The notes under the pieces: model-generated
The model's database searches: none
What the model was told of the DNA's origin: nothing
The model's input: only the letters and a program-made list of their open reading frames with translations
In this document: positions 10,545-19,934 of the stretch, in pieces
How the letters are laid out: each line of letters starts with the position of its first letter
Position numbering within the stretch: the stretch's first letter is position 1
Translations under genes and position numbers: made by a program
Source of the DNA: an uncultured bacterium
Lineage (GTDB): Bacteria; Gemmatimonadota; Gemmatimonadetes; Longimicrobiales; RSA9
NCBI GenBank assembly: GCA_937907535.1
Contig: CALCID010000119.1
Coordinates: 69,243 to 133,242 of the forward strand
Length of the DNA: 64,000 nucleotides
Reading direction: 5' to 3'

Positions 10545-12296
10545 ATGAAGCGCCTGGGCGTATTCATCCTGCTGTTCTTCTCTGCGGCGGGCGTCCACGC
10601 GCAGGATCCCGCCGCCATCGCGGCGGTGCGGGACGCGGATCTGCCGCCGGATGTGCGGGCGCGGCTGGAGGCGATCGTCGCCGACCCGGGGACCGTCGTC
10701 TTCAGGGGCACGACCCGCATCCGGGCCGGAGAAGAGGTCGCGCGGCCCGTCGTGGTGCAGGGCGGCGCCCTCGTGGTAGCGGGCGTGGCCCGCGGCCCGG
10801 TGGCGGTGATCCGCGGCGCCCTGGAGATCGAGCCGGGCGGCATCGTCGAGGGGGACGTGTTCCTGATCGACTCTTCCTTCGAGGCGGCGGAGACCGCGCG
10901 GGTCGGGGGCACGGTGACGCGCGTGGGCGACGTCGCCCGGATCCCCTCCCTGCGGATCCGGCCCGCGGCGCCGGGCAACCCGCCAAAGGCGACCTACGGC
11001 GTCTCCGGGGTGGCTCTCGGATCGGGTCTCGCCCGGGCCAGGGTGGGCGCCGCGTACGACCGGATCCGGGGCATGGCGGTCCGGGTCGGCCCGGAACTGA
11101 CGTTTCCGAGTGGCGAATCCAACCACCTGCACCTGTACGCGGCGGCCGAGTTCCGGTCGGAAACCACGCGCGCGTTCGACCTGCGGGACGACATCGGGTA
11201 CCGGGCGGGGCTCATGCACACGTTCGGGCCCCGGGAAGAACTCGCGCTCGGCGCGGGGATCCGCTCCGAGATCGACCCGATCGAGCGGCGGGGGCTGTCC
11301 GGGTGGGAGGCCGCCCTGTCCTCCGCGGTGCTGCATCGCGATCCGTGGGACTACGTGGCCCGGTCGGGCTGGTCGGTCTGGGGCAGCTACGTGGTGCCCA
11401 CCGTGCCGTTCGCCGCCCTCGTCGAGTACCGGGACGAGGACGAGGGCGCGGTCACTGCGGCGGACCCGTGGTCGATGCTCCGGCGGGCCGACGCGTGGCG
11501 CCTCCAGCCCGTGGTCGCCGAGGGGCGGCTGCGCTCCATCACGGTGAATCTGCGCTTCGACAGCCGGCCGGAGCTCCGGGAACCGGGCACCGGGCTGTAC
11601 GCGGACCTGCGCGTGACGCGCGCGCTCGGCGGCTCGCTCCGGACTCAGCCGTTCGCGCTCCTGTCCGGCACGGGGTCCGACGGCGGACCGAATCATGTTG
11701 CGCCCTACGGGCCATGGGAGATCGACGAGCCGTTCACCTTGGGCGCCCTCGACCTGCGGGGCTACGTGGCCGTACGGGAGGAATCCCGTCTGAGCGCCCG
11801 GCTCTGGCTGGGCGGGGCCCTGTCCGGCTCGCCGCTGCCGCCGCAGTATCAGCACGCGCTCGGGGGTGCGGGCACGCTCCCCGGCTTTTCGGGCTTCACG
11901 GCGGACTGCTCAGCGAGATCACGGGACGGGGTGACCTTCCGGGACACGGAGGCGTTCCCCGTCTACCCCGCGTACGGTTGTGACCGCGCCGCGCTGTTCC
12001 AGGCCGAGTACCGCGGGAAGCTGAACTTCCGGTTCGGCTACGACGAGATCGACCGGGGCGAGTCGCCCGAGGGACTGCGCGTCGTGGTGTCTCCGGCCTG
12101 GGTGGCGTTCCTGGACGTCGGCCGGGGTTGGCAGCTCGCCGGTGGCATGGGCGGCGCCCATCGCGTGGACACGCCCACCTTGGTGGACGCCGGGCTCGGC
12201 CTGGTATTCGGCAGCCTCGGCGTATATGCCGCCGTGCCGGTCGAGGGACCGGGAAGCGGCGTGAGGTTCACCGCCAGCCTGGGCCACCGGTTCTGA
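10545..12296 (+). CDS. Secreted protein with bactofilin-like beta-helix repeats and a C-terminal Omp85-like beta-barrel
   Basis: Signal peptide MKRLGVFILLFFSAAGVHAQ from ATG 10545. A GGALVVAGVARGPVAVIRGALEIEPGGIVEGDVFL repeat segment follows. The LGGAGTLPGF motif and terminal ...SLGHRF (C-terminal Phe) are typical of outer-membrane barrels. Confidence 0.55.
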   Translation: MKRLGVFILLFFSAAGVHAQDPAAIAAVRDADLPPDVRARLEAIVADPGTVVFRGTTRIRAGEEVARPVVVQGGALVVAGVARGPVAVIRGALEIEPGGIVEGDVFLIDSSFEAAETARVGGTVTRVGDVARIPSLRIRPAAPGNPPKATYGVSGVALGSGLARARVGAAYDRIRGMAVRVGPELTFPSGESNHLHLYAAAEFRSETTRAFDLRDDIGYRAGLMHTFGPREELALGAGIRSEIDPIERRGLSGWEAALSSAVLHRDPWDYVARSGWSVWGSYVVPTVPFAALVEYRDEDEGAVTAADPWSMLRRADAWRLQPVVAEGRLRSITVNLRFDSRPELREPGTGLYADLRVTRALGGSLRTQPFALLSGTGSDGGPNHVAPYGPWEIDEPFTLGALDLRGYVAVREESRLSARLWLGGALSGSPLPPQYQHALGGAGTLPGFSGFTADCSARSRDGVTFRDTEAFPVYPAYGCDRAALFQAEYRGKLNFRFGYDEIDRGESPEGLRVVVSPAWVAFLDVGRGWQLAGGMGGAHRVDTPTLVDAGLGLVFGSLGVYAAVPVEGPGSGVRFTASLGHRF

Positions 12297-12303
12297 TGCT
12301 GAC

Positions 12304-12336
12304 GCCGCGGCGGCACGGTCCGTCGGCCGCCGCGGC
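12304..12336 (+). terminator. Perfect 11-bp GC hairpin 8 nt after the barrel-protein stop
   Basis: GCCGCGGCGGC (12304-12314), an 11-nt loop, then GCCGCCGCGGC (12326-12336), followed by a pyrimidine-rich tail tccctccctctg. There is no canonical U-tract. Confidence 0.5.
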
Positions 12337-12411
12337 TCCCTCCCTCTGCAACCCTTTCCGCCGTTCCTGTGTCCCACGGTCGGAAGTGGCCGGGTCGAGG
12401 ATTCCCCATGA

Positions 12412-12690
12412 AGACGACGTTCGGATGAACGGTCGCTGGTCGCCCGGGGGCTCGCGGGGGATGACGTCGCCGCCCGCGGAGCCGCGGGAGCAGCCGATCT
12501 TCGCGTACGCGCACGGGGAGACGCGTCGCTCGACCAACTGATCCGTAACGCGCGCGGGGACGCGGACCCGGTGCTCCCCAAGCGCGCGATATCCCGGCTC
12601 GGCCAATCGAACAACCCACGCGCCGCCGAGGCCCTGCTCGAACGGATCCGCCGCGATCGACCGGGCAGGGCCCGGCCCTGCTCGCCGTCA
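12412..12690 (+). pseudogene. HEAT-repeat gene fragment (no start, frameshifted, no own stop)
   Basis: The frame opened at 12412 reads ..LDQLIRNARGDADPVLPKRAISRLGQSNNPRAAEALLERIRRD. The neighbouring frame reads ..EQPIFAYAHGETRR then stops at 12541. Both resemble consecutive HEAT/PBS-lyase units. Confidence 0.35.
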
Positions 12691-14544
12691 GCCGAGTCCG
12701 ACGATCTCCATGAGCCGGAGCGCGTTCGTCGAGCGGGCGAGCCCGGGGCGGAGGCGGTAGTCGAAGGTCATGACCGGCTCTGTACCGCCGGCGTGGACCG
12801 TCTCCTGGAAGTGGACCGGCCGGGCGGCCGCCTGGAGCTCCGGGGTATCCGCCAGCGTCAGGTCATGGGTGGTCACGGCGCCGATGGCGTGGCTCGCCAG
12901 GAGGTGCTGCAGGATGCGCCGGGCCGCGATCTGCCGCTCCGCGGTGTTCGTCCCCTGGAGGATCTCGTCCAGCAGGTAGAGCAGGACGCGCTCACCGCCC
13001 CCGTCCGCCGCGCGCGCCGCCTCCACGACCCCTTTCAGCCGCATGAGCTCCGCCATGAATCGGGAGAGCCCCTGCTCGAGGGAATCCTGAACGCGCATGC
13101 AGGTCTGGAGGACGACCGGCGGCATCCGGAGCGACGTCGCACAGACCGGGCCCCCGGCCTGGGCAAGGACCACGTTCGCGCCGATGGCCCGCAGCAGCGT
13201 GCTCTTGCCCGACATGTTCGAGCCGGTCACCAGGAGGAAGGTGCCCGGCGGGCCGATCTCCACGTCGTTCGCCACGCGCGCATCGTCCGGGAGGAGCGGG
13301 TGCGCCAGCGCCGCGGCCCGGAGCACGGGCGGGCGGTCGTCGGCGATCTCCGGGAACGCCCAATCCGGATTCTCGTAGGCGAGGCGGCCGAGCGCGGCGA
13401 GGGCCTCGAACTCGCCCGCGACAGCGAGCCACCCGCGGACCCGGCGCCCCACGGCCGCCTGCCAGCGCTCGAGGCGGTCCAGCACGTGGAAGTCCCAGAG
13501 GACGAGCGACTGGAGGGGAAGGTACGCCAGCCCCGCATGCCGGACGTCCGCGAACCCCATCAGGCGTTCGAGCCGGCGCATCCACTGATGGGCGGACACG
13601 CCGTCGGCTTCGAGCTCCTGTCTGAGCCGGGAGAGCAGCGGGCTCCGGAACGGGGTCCCGGCCAACAGCTCGAGGAGGCCGGAGTACTCGCGCAGGGCGC
13701 GGTCCCTGGAGAACGCGCGGGCGAACGCGCCTCCGACCCACCGGCCGTACCGGATCGTGAGCAGCCAGCCGAACGCGACCGGGAGGGTGATCCAGCCGAG
13801 CGGTGTCCCAAGGGTCTCGTGGAGGACGATGAGCGCGAGGTTGACGGCCGGCACGAGACGGGCGGCCGAGAGCAGCCACGGCCTGCGGTGCAGCCACGGC
13901 TCGCCCTCCGCCCAGCGCAGCATGCTCTCCACGTCGGCTTTGTGGGCGCCGCTCAACGGTTCCTGGCGTACGGAGAGCTCATCCCGGAATTCTGAGTGCG
14001 ACGCCAGCTCCGCCACGGCTTCCTGCCTTGCCGCGACCTCCGCGGGCGCCGCCGGCTCCAGGAGCCAGGTGCGCATGGTGGCGCGGCCGATCGGCGTCCC
14101 GGCCGGATCCACGAGCTGGAACAGGGATGCGCGACCGAACAGGTCGAGGTCCGCCGCGTACGGGTGGTCGCCGGCGGGGCCGGGGGGCGCGGGGGGCAGC
14201 TCATCCCACCGGCGCAGGACCCGCTTCTCCGCCAGGTCGTACGCTCGCCAGAGCGCGGCGGCGCGCCGCTCCTGCCGCTTCAGTCGCCCGTGCCGAACGA
14301 CGAGGGCCACGAATGCCGCACCGGCCGCGCCCGCCGTGACCAGCGGGATGATCCGTTCCTCGGGGCCCCGCAGCTCTGCCCAGACCAGCGCGGCCGCCGC
14401 CAGGAGGAAGGACAGGAAGCGGGCGTTGGAAACCCGGCGGATCCGCGCCTCGAGCCGGTCCAGCTCCCGGCGCGCTCCGTCCCGCCGGGTCGCGTAGAAC
14501 TTCGCCGCCGGATTGCGCCGGGCGGCCCGTTCACGTTCGGTCAT
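12688..14544 (-). CDS. MutS-related ATPase (MutS domain V only) with N-terminal transmembrane segments
   Basis: GPPGTFLLVTGSNMSGKSTLLRAIG (Walker A), LYLLDEILQGTN (Walker B) and TTHD. Several hydrophobic helices lie upstream. Start taken at ATG 14544 (MTERERAARR); the rest of ORF 12688..15849 is antisense to trpD. Confidence 0.8.
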   Translation of the reverse strand: MTERERAARRNPAAKFYATRRDGARRELDRLEARIRRVSNARFLSFLLAAAALVWAELRGPEERIIPLVTAGAAGAAFVALVVRHGRLKRQERRAAALWRAYDLAEKRVLRRWDELPPAPPGPAGDHPYAADLDLFGRASLFQLVDPAGTPIGRATMRTWLLEPAAPAEVAARQEAVAELASHSEFRDELSVRQEPLSGAHKADVESMLRWAEGEPWLHRRPWLLSAARLVPAVNLALIVLHETLGTPLGWITLPVAFGWLLTIRYGRWVGGAFARAFSRDRALREYSGLLELLAGTPFRSPLLSRLRQELEADGVSAHQWMRRLERLMGFADVRHAGLAYLPLQSLVLWDFHVLDRLERWQAAVGRRVRGWLAVAGEFEALAALGRLAYENPDWAFPEIADDRPPVLRAAALAHPLLPDDARVANDVEIGPPGTFLLVTGSNMSGKSTLLRAIGANVVLAQAGGPVCATSLRMPPVVLQTCMRVQDSLEQGLSRFMAELMRLKGVVEAARAADGGGERVLLYLLDEILQGTNTAERQIAARRILQHLLASHAIGAVTTHDLTLADTPELQAAARPVHFQETVHAGGTEPVMTFDYRLRPGLARSTNALRLMEIVGLG

Positions 14545-14607
14545 CCGGCGAAAGGTAACAGCGGCTGCGACAACGGGAAAAGCGGCGAGACCCCGACCGG
14601 GAGGAAA

Positions 14608-14637
14608 TTGACAGGGCGCAACACCTTTGTCTACTTT
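14608..14637 (+). promoter_or_regulatory. Sigma-70-like promoter candidate for trpD
   Basis: TTGACA (14608-14613), an 18-nt spacer, then TACTTT (14632-14637), 33 nt before the trpD ATG in a locally AT-richer patch. Confidence 0.4.
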
Positions 14638-14670
14638 TCTCCCTGATTCACCTTCGGAGGCCCGTAGGAA

Positions 14671-15780
14671 ATGAGTGCATCGCCGTCCGGTTCCGGCGCG
14701 GCGCCCGTCGGCGTATCGCCCGCAGCCGACCCGCAGCCCCAGCCGTTCTCCGTATTCCTCAAGCAGATCCTCGCCGGGCAGGACCTCTCGGCCGACGACG
14801 CGGAGGCCGCGTTCCGCATCATCATGGAAGGCCGGGCCACCCACGCCCAGACCGCAGGGCTCCTGGTGGCGCTCCGGTCCAAGGGCGAGGCGCCCAGTGA
14901 GGTGGCCGGGGGGGTGCGGGCGCTCCGGCAGGCCATGGTCCGCCTGCCGCTCAATGGCGCCGGGGACGTGGTCGACACCTGCGGCACCGGCGGCGGCCGC
15001 TTGACCACCTTCAACATCTCGACCGCCGCCGCCTTCGTCGCAGCCGGTGCCGGGGTGCGGATCGCCAAGCACGGCAACCGGTCCCACACGTCCCGCTCGG
15101 GCAGCGCGGACGTGCTCGAAGCGCTCGGCGTGCCCATCGACATCGATCCGGAGCGCATGCCGGAGGTCCTGGAGGAAGCCGGGATCGTGTTCATGTTCGC
15201 GCCCCGGATGCACCCCGCCATGCGCCACGTGGCGCCGGTTCGCCGGGAGCTCGGCGTGCCGACCATCATGAACGTGCTCGGGCCGCTCACGAACCCCGCC
15301 GGAGCGCGGCGGCAGGTGGTGGGTGTGTCGGATCCGGGATTGCTGGAACTCGTGGCGGGCGCGCTCCTCGAGCTCGGGCACGAACACGCGCTGGTCGTGC
15401 ACGGCGAGCCCGGCATGGATGAGCTCAGCCCGATCGGCGCGACGGACGTCATCGAGGTCCGGGACGGCACGCTCCGTCGCTACCGCCTCGACCCGGCCGA
15501 GCGACTCGGCTGGGATGGCCTCGACCCCGACGGGCTCGCCGGCGCGGACCCCGCGCACAACGCGCGCGTGATCGAAGACATCCTGGCCGGTCGCTCGAAA
15601 GGCGCCGCCCGGGCCGCCGTGGCCCTCAACGCGGGGGCCGCGATCTACGTGGCGGGCAAGGCCCGAACCCTCGAGGAGGGCGTGGCCGACGCCGAGCACG
15701 TCATCGACGCCGGCCTCGCCGCCGCCGCCCTCGACCGGCTCCGCGCCGCGAGCCGCCGGGCGGTCGTCCCGGCGGCCTGA
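14671..15780 (+). CDS. trpD: Anthranilate phosphoribosyltransferase
   Basis: LVALRSKGE..DTCGTGGGRLTTFNISTAAAFVAAGAGVRIAKHGNRSHTSRSGSADVLEALG. Confidence 0.93.
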   Translation: MSASPSGSGAAPVGVSPAADPQPQPFSVFLKQILAGQDLSADDAEAAFRIIMEGRATHAQTAGLLVALRSKGEAPSEVAGGVRALRQAMVRLPLNGAGDVVDTCGTGGGRLTTFNISTAAAFVAAGAGVRIAKHGNRSHTSRSGSADVLEALGVPIDIDPERMPEVLEEAGIVFMFAPRMHPAMRHVAPVRRELGVPTIMNVLGPLTNPAGARRQVVGVSDPGLLELVAGALLELGHEHALVVHGEPGMDELSPIGATDVIEVRDGTLRRYRLDPAERLGWDGLDPDGLAGADPAHNARVIEDILAGRSKGAARAAVALNAGAAIYVAGKARTLEEGVADAEHVIDAGLAAAALDRLRAASRRAVVPAA

Positions 15781-15787
15781 CCGCGGA

Positions 15788-15802
15788 CCCGGACGGTCCG
15801 GG
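15788..15802 (+). terminator. Short GC palindrome just after trpD
   Basis: CCCGGAC g GTCCGGG, 8 nt after the stop. The loop is very tight and there is no U-tract. Confidence 0.2.
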
Positions 15803-16073
15803 CGCCGGATGAACGAATGCGCGGCGAACCACGAGGGCCCGCCGCGCATACATGATTCTGCCGGTCCGGACGCCCTCCGCCCCGGCTACTCGACCGTCCC
15901 CGCCGCGTCCGTGCGGGGCCCGGCGTTCCGCGCCCGGGCTGCCGATCAGTTCGCCGAGATCACCGCCCGGATCGTCCAGGGACCGCGGATCGGCGCATCC
16001 GACGGGCACAGCAACACCACCGTCAGCCCCCGACGCGTGCTACGGCCCACGACGAACGGTATCTTCGCTATCA

Positions 16074-16691
16074 TCAGTACCTCCTGATCACGCCGATCAC
16101 GATCCCCTGGATCCTCACGTCCTCCGGCCGGAAGTACAGCGGCGCCATCGTCGGATTCGCCGGCTGGAGACGCACACGCCCGTCCGGTTCCCGGTAGAAC
16201 TTCTTCACCGTCGCGGAATCCCCGTTCACCAGCGCCACCACCATCTCCCCGTTCCGCGCGATCTGGCGGGAGCTCACGATGATGTAGTCCCCATCCCGGA
16301 TCTGCTCGTCGATCATCGAGTCTCCCTTCACCCGCAGCACGTAGTGCTCGCCGCCGCGGCCGATCATGTCCTCCGGGACCGCAATGGTCTCCTGCTCCTG
16401 GACCGCTTCGATCGGCACGCCCGCGGCGACCGTCCCGTACAGCGGGAGCTCGACCGCGCCCGTCCGCATGCCGACGGGAACCAATTGGATCGAGCGACTC
16501 TCGTTGTAGGCCTTCCGGATGTATCCCTTCCGCTTCAGATTCTCCAGGTGCTCGTGCACGGTGGCCAGCGACCCGAAGCCGAAGTGCTTCGCGATCTCCT
16601 CGAAGCTCGGCGCGTACCCGTGCTCTTCGAGGTACTCCTGGAGGAAGTCCAGGATCTCCTTCTGGCGTCTGGTGAGTGGCATCATGTCCAT
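16074..16691 (-). CDS. lexA: LexA repressor (SOS regulator, S24 peptidase)
   Basis: MPLTRRQKEILDFLQEYLEEHGYAPSFEEIAKHFGF (wHTH), Ala-Gly cleavage context VAAGVPI, catalytic VKGDSM and a downstream Lys (TVKKF). Confidence 0.93.
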   Translation of the reverse strand: MDMMPLTRRQKEILDFLQEYLEEHGYAPSFEEIAKHFGFGSLATVHEHLENLKRKGYIRKAYNESRSIQLVPVGMRTGAVELPLYGTVAAGVPIEAVQEQETIAVPEDMIGRGGEHYVLRVKGDSMIDEQIRDGDYIIVSSRQIARNGEMVVALVNGDSATVKKFYREPDGRVRLQPANPTMAPLYFRPEDVRIQGIVIGVIRRY

Positions 16692-17096
16692 CGTCGTGCG
16701 ATCTTAGAGTCCAGGGCCCGGGGGTGGTGCCGCGGGTGCGGCGATCGCCGGGGCGGACGCCCCGGATTGGCTCCCCTCGACCGGTGGCGGTTCTTCCACG
16801 CCGATCCACGATCCGTCCACGCCGGGGTGTTGCCGTGTCCAGCCGGCAGCGGCCGCGGGCCATTCGCCGGGCCGCCCCGTCCGACCGCCCCACCTTCTGC
16901 CGGGCCCGAAGGGCCGGAGCCGGTCCACCGGGGCGCGACTCGCGGCACAGCGTGCCGGCGTCGGCGACCGGGCTTTCGCGGCCGGTCGGCCCTCACCCTC
17001 GCCGGGTACCGGCCGTTCCGGCCGGCCCGGGGCGGGACGCGGGCGAAGAAGAACCGAAAGACAAGGTACCCGAAAGGGAACCGAAGCGCAAGAGGG

Positions 17097-17924
17097 ATGA
17101 TGAGCGTACTGGACCGGATCGTGGAGACGAAGCGGGCGGAGGTGGCGGCGCTGGCGCCGCGGGCCGCGGAGCTGCGGCGCGCGGCGGAGAGCGCCGGGCA
17201 GACGCGCCGGTTCTCGGATGCGTTGCGGCTCGGGGATCGGGTCGCGGTGATCGCGGAGGTCAAGCGTCGGTCTCCGTCCGCGGGGTGGATCCGGCCGGAC
17301 GCCACGGCGGCGGAGGTGGCGGGTTGGTACGAGGCGGCGGGCGCTTCGGCGATCAGCGTGCTGACGGACGGCGAGTATTTCGGGGGCTCCCTCGACGACC
17401 TCATGGCGGTGCGGAGCAGGGTGGGGGTGCCCGTGTTGCGGAAGGACTTCGTGCTGGACGCGGTGCAGCTCTGGGAGGCGCGGGCGGCGGGCGCGGACGC
17501 GGTCCTGCTGATCGTGCGGATCCTGGACGACGCGGCGCTGGCGGATCTCCTCTCGCTGAGCCGGGAGCTGGGTCTGTCCGCGCTCGTGGAGGTCCACGAT
17601 GAGCGGGAGCTGGACCGGGCGCTGGAGGCCGGGGCGGAGGTGGTCGGGGTGAACAACCGGGACCTGGCCACCTTCCGGACGGATCTCGCGGTGACGGAGC
17701 GGCTGGCGGCGCGGGTCCCCGCGGACCGGATCCTGGTGGCGGAGAGCGGGATCCGAGCGGCTGCGGACGTGGACCGGATGGGCGCGGCGGGGGCGGACGC
17801 GGTGCTGGTCGGGGAGAGTCTGATGCGGGAGTCCGATCCGGGGCTGGCCGCGCGGGCGCTGGTGGGGCGGCCGCGCACCGGGCGGTTGGGCGTGGCGGTC
17901 CCCGGCGGCGTCCGTCCGGAGTGA
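17097..17924 (+). CDS. trpC: Indole-3-glycerol phosphate synthase
   Basis: From ATG 17097: IAEVKRRSPSAG..SVLTDGEYFGGS..LRKDF..LVEVHD..VGVNNRDL..ESG. Confidence 0.92.
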   Translation: MMSVLDRIVETKRAEVAALAPRAAELRRAAESAGQTRRFSDALRLGDRVAVIAEVKRRSPSAGWIRPDATAAEVAGWYEAAGASAISVLTDGEYFGGSLDDLMAVRSRVGVPVLRKDFVLDAVQLWEARAAGADAVLLIVRILDDAALADLLSLSRELGLSALVEVHDERELDRALEAGAEVVGVNNRDLATFRTDLAVTERLAARVPADRILVAESGIRAAADVDRMGAAGADAVLVGESLMRESDPGLAARALVGRPRTGRLGVAVPGGVRPE

Positions 17925-17930
17925 GTCGGC

Positions 17931-18686
17931 ATGGCGGCGAGCTCCCGCGACGGGATGATCCCGGTGCGACCCTTCGGGTCCGAGATCGGCAGGGCCGGGG
18001 GGCGGGCGGTCGAGGTGAAGATCTGCGGGCTGTGCCGCCCCGAGGACGCAGCGATGGCGGCGGAAGCCGGGGCCGACTACCTTGGGGTGGTGCTCGCGCC
18101 CGGCTATCGGCGCACGCGGACCGTGGCGGAGGCGGAGGCGATCTTCGCGAGCGGGAGAGGGGCGGCGAAGGTCGGGGTGTTCGTGGACGCGCCCCTCGAT
18201 GAACTCGTGGCCGTGGCGGAGCGGCTCGGGCTGGACGTACTCCAGCTCCACGGATCGGAGTCCGCCGAGTACGCCGCGCGGGTGAGGGAGGCCGGGCCGT
18301 GGCGCGTCTGGAAGGCGGTGCGGCCGCGGACGGGCGCGGAGTTCGCGGCGGCCGTGGCCCGCTATCGCGACGTCGTCCACGGAATCCTCGTGGACGGCTG
18401 GAGCCCGGAGGCGCCGGGCGGGACCGGGACGCGGTTTCCGTGGGCCGAGATCTCGGCCGAGCTGCAGCGGCTCCGCGGCGCGGGGCCGCGGCTGATCGCC
18501 GCGGGCGGGCTCACGCCGGAGAACGTGGCCGAGGCGGTCGCCCGGCTGGCGCCGGACGTGGTGGACGTGAGCTCGGGCGTGGAGCGGTCCGTGGGGGAGA
18601 AGGATCCCGCGCGGGTGCGGGCGTTTGTCGATGCCGCGCGGAGCGGCGGCGCGGGCGGCGCGAGAGGCGCCCGGCCGCAGGAATGA
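17931..18686 (+). CDS. trpF: N-(5'-phosphoribosyl)anthranilate isomerase
   Basis: [45 protein letters not shown]. The N-terminal ~27 aa are atypical, so the true start may be internal. Confidence 0.85.
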   Translation: MAASSRDGMIPVRPFGSEIGRAGGRAVEVKICGLCRPEDAAMAAEAGADYLGVVLAPGYRRTRTVAEAEAIFASGRGAAKVGVFVDAPLDELVAVAERLGLDVLQLHGSESAEYAARVREAGPWRVWKAVRPRTGAEFAAAVARYRDVVHGILVDGWSPEAPGGTGTRFPWAEISAELQRLRGAGPRLIAAGGLTPENVAEAVARLAPDVVDVSSGVERSVGEKDPARVRAFVDAARSGGAGGARGARPQE

Positions 18687-18700
18687 GGAGTCGAACGGAA

Positions 18701-19915
18701 ATGTCGCAGTCTGTCGTGGAGGGCGCGACGCGCGCCCCTGGTCGGTTCGGGCGGTTCGGTGGCCAGTACGTGCCGGAGACGCTGATCGCCGCCCTGGAAG
18801 AGCTGGAGCAGGTCTACGAAGCCGCCCGGAACGATCCGTCGTTCTGGGCGGAGCTGGAGGACCTGCTGACCCACTACGTGGGCCGTCCCACGCCGCTCTA
18901 CCGGGCAGACCGGCTGGGCGAGGCGGCCGGGGGCGTGCGGGTTTACCTGAAGCGGGAAGACCTGAACCACACGGGCGCGCACAAGATCAACAACACCCTC
19001 GGCCAGGTGCTGCTGGCCCGGCGCATGGGGAAGCGCAGGATCATCGCGGAGACCGGCGCCGGCCAGCACGGCGTGGCCACCGCCACGGTGTGCGCGCTGT
19101 TCGGGCTGGACTGCGTGGTCTACATGGGGGCCGAGGACGCGCGCCGGCAGGCGCTGAACGTCTACCGGATGGAGCTGCTCGGCGCCGAGGTCCGGACGGT
19201 CGAGTCGGGTACGCGTACGCTCAAGGACGCCACGAACGAAGCGATCCGGGATTGGGTCACGAACGTGGCGGACACCCATTACATCATCGGCTCCGTGGTC
19301 GGGCCGCACCCGTACCCGCGCATGGTGCGGGACTTCCAGGCCGTGATCGGCAAGGAGGCGCGGGCCCAGCTCGAGGCGGCGGAGGGCCGGCTCCCGGCGA
19401 AGGTGGTCGCGTGCGTGGGCGGCGGGTCGAACGCCATGGGGATCTTCCATGCGTTCGTGGACGAGCCGTCCGTGGAGCTGATCGGGGTGGAAGCGGCCGG
19501 AGACGGGGTCGAGACCGGGCGGCACGCGGCGTCCCTCACCGCCGGCCGGCCGGGCGTGCTCCACGGCTCCTACAGCTATTTGCTCCAGACGGAAGACGGG
19601 CAGGTCGCGCCGGCGCACTCCGTATCCGCCGGCCTTGACTATCCGGGCGTGGGGCCCGAACATGCATACCTGAAGGACGTTGGCCGCGCCCGCTACGTGA
19701 CCGTCACCGATCGTGAGGCGCTGGACGCGTTCGGGACGCTGGCACGCCTCGAAGGGATCATTCCGGCGCTGGAAAGCGCCCATGCCGTCGCTTACCTGCT
19801 TCGTGAAGGGCCGAACTGGGTCGGGGCCGGTCCGATCGTGGTCTGCCTGAGTGGCCGGGGGGACAAGGACGTGGCCCAGGTCGCCGCGCTCACCGGCAAG
19901 GACCTGGCACCGTGA
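18701..19915 (+). CDS. trpB: Tryptophan synthase beta chain
   Basis: From ATG 18701: [44 protein letters not shown]. Confidence 0.95.
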   Translation: MSQSVVEGATRAPGRFGRFGGQYVPETLIAALEELEQVYEAARNDPSFWAELEDLLTHYVGRPTPLYRADRLGEAAGGVRVYLKREDLNHTGAHKINNTLGQVLLARRMGKRRIIAETGAGQHGVATATVCALFGLDCVVYMGAEDARRQALNVYRMELLGAEVRTVESGTRTLKDATNEAIRDWVTNVADTHYIIGSVVGPHPYPRMVRDFQAVIGKEARAQLEAAEGRLPAKVVACVGGGSNAMGIFHAFVDEPSVELIGVEAAGDGVETGRHAASLTAGRPGVLHGSYSYLLQTEDGQVAPAHSVSAGLDYPGVGPEHAYLKDVGRARYVTVTDREALDAFGTLARLEGIIPALESAHAVAYLLREGPNWVGAGPIVVCLSGRGDKDVAQVAALTGKDLAP

Positions 19916-19934
19916 CCGACAGCGCTTGTAGCAC

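Noticed and set aside
14545-15849. N-terminal 435 codons of ORF 12688..15849 as part of the MutS-like protein (same issue for 30301..32319, 31437..33059, 33132..35369, 40952..42820 and 45142..47118)
   Set aside because: The upstream parts are antisense to, or overlap, well-supported genes (trpD, the barrel protein, ptsN, vanZ, mgtE, meaB) and lack protein-like sequence. Internal starts with coupling signals or SD motifs give products of normal length.
15809-16087. 92-aa plus-strand ORF downstream of trpD as a confident gene call
   Set aside because: It has no recognisable family and no SD, it overlaps the lexA 3' end, and it shares third-codon positions with the competing minus-strand micro-ORF, so the G/C third-position signal is ambiguous. 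I kept it only as part of a low-interest finding.
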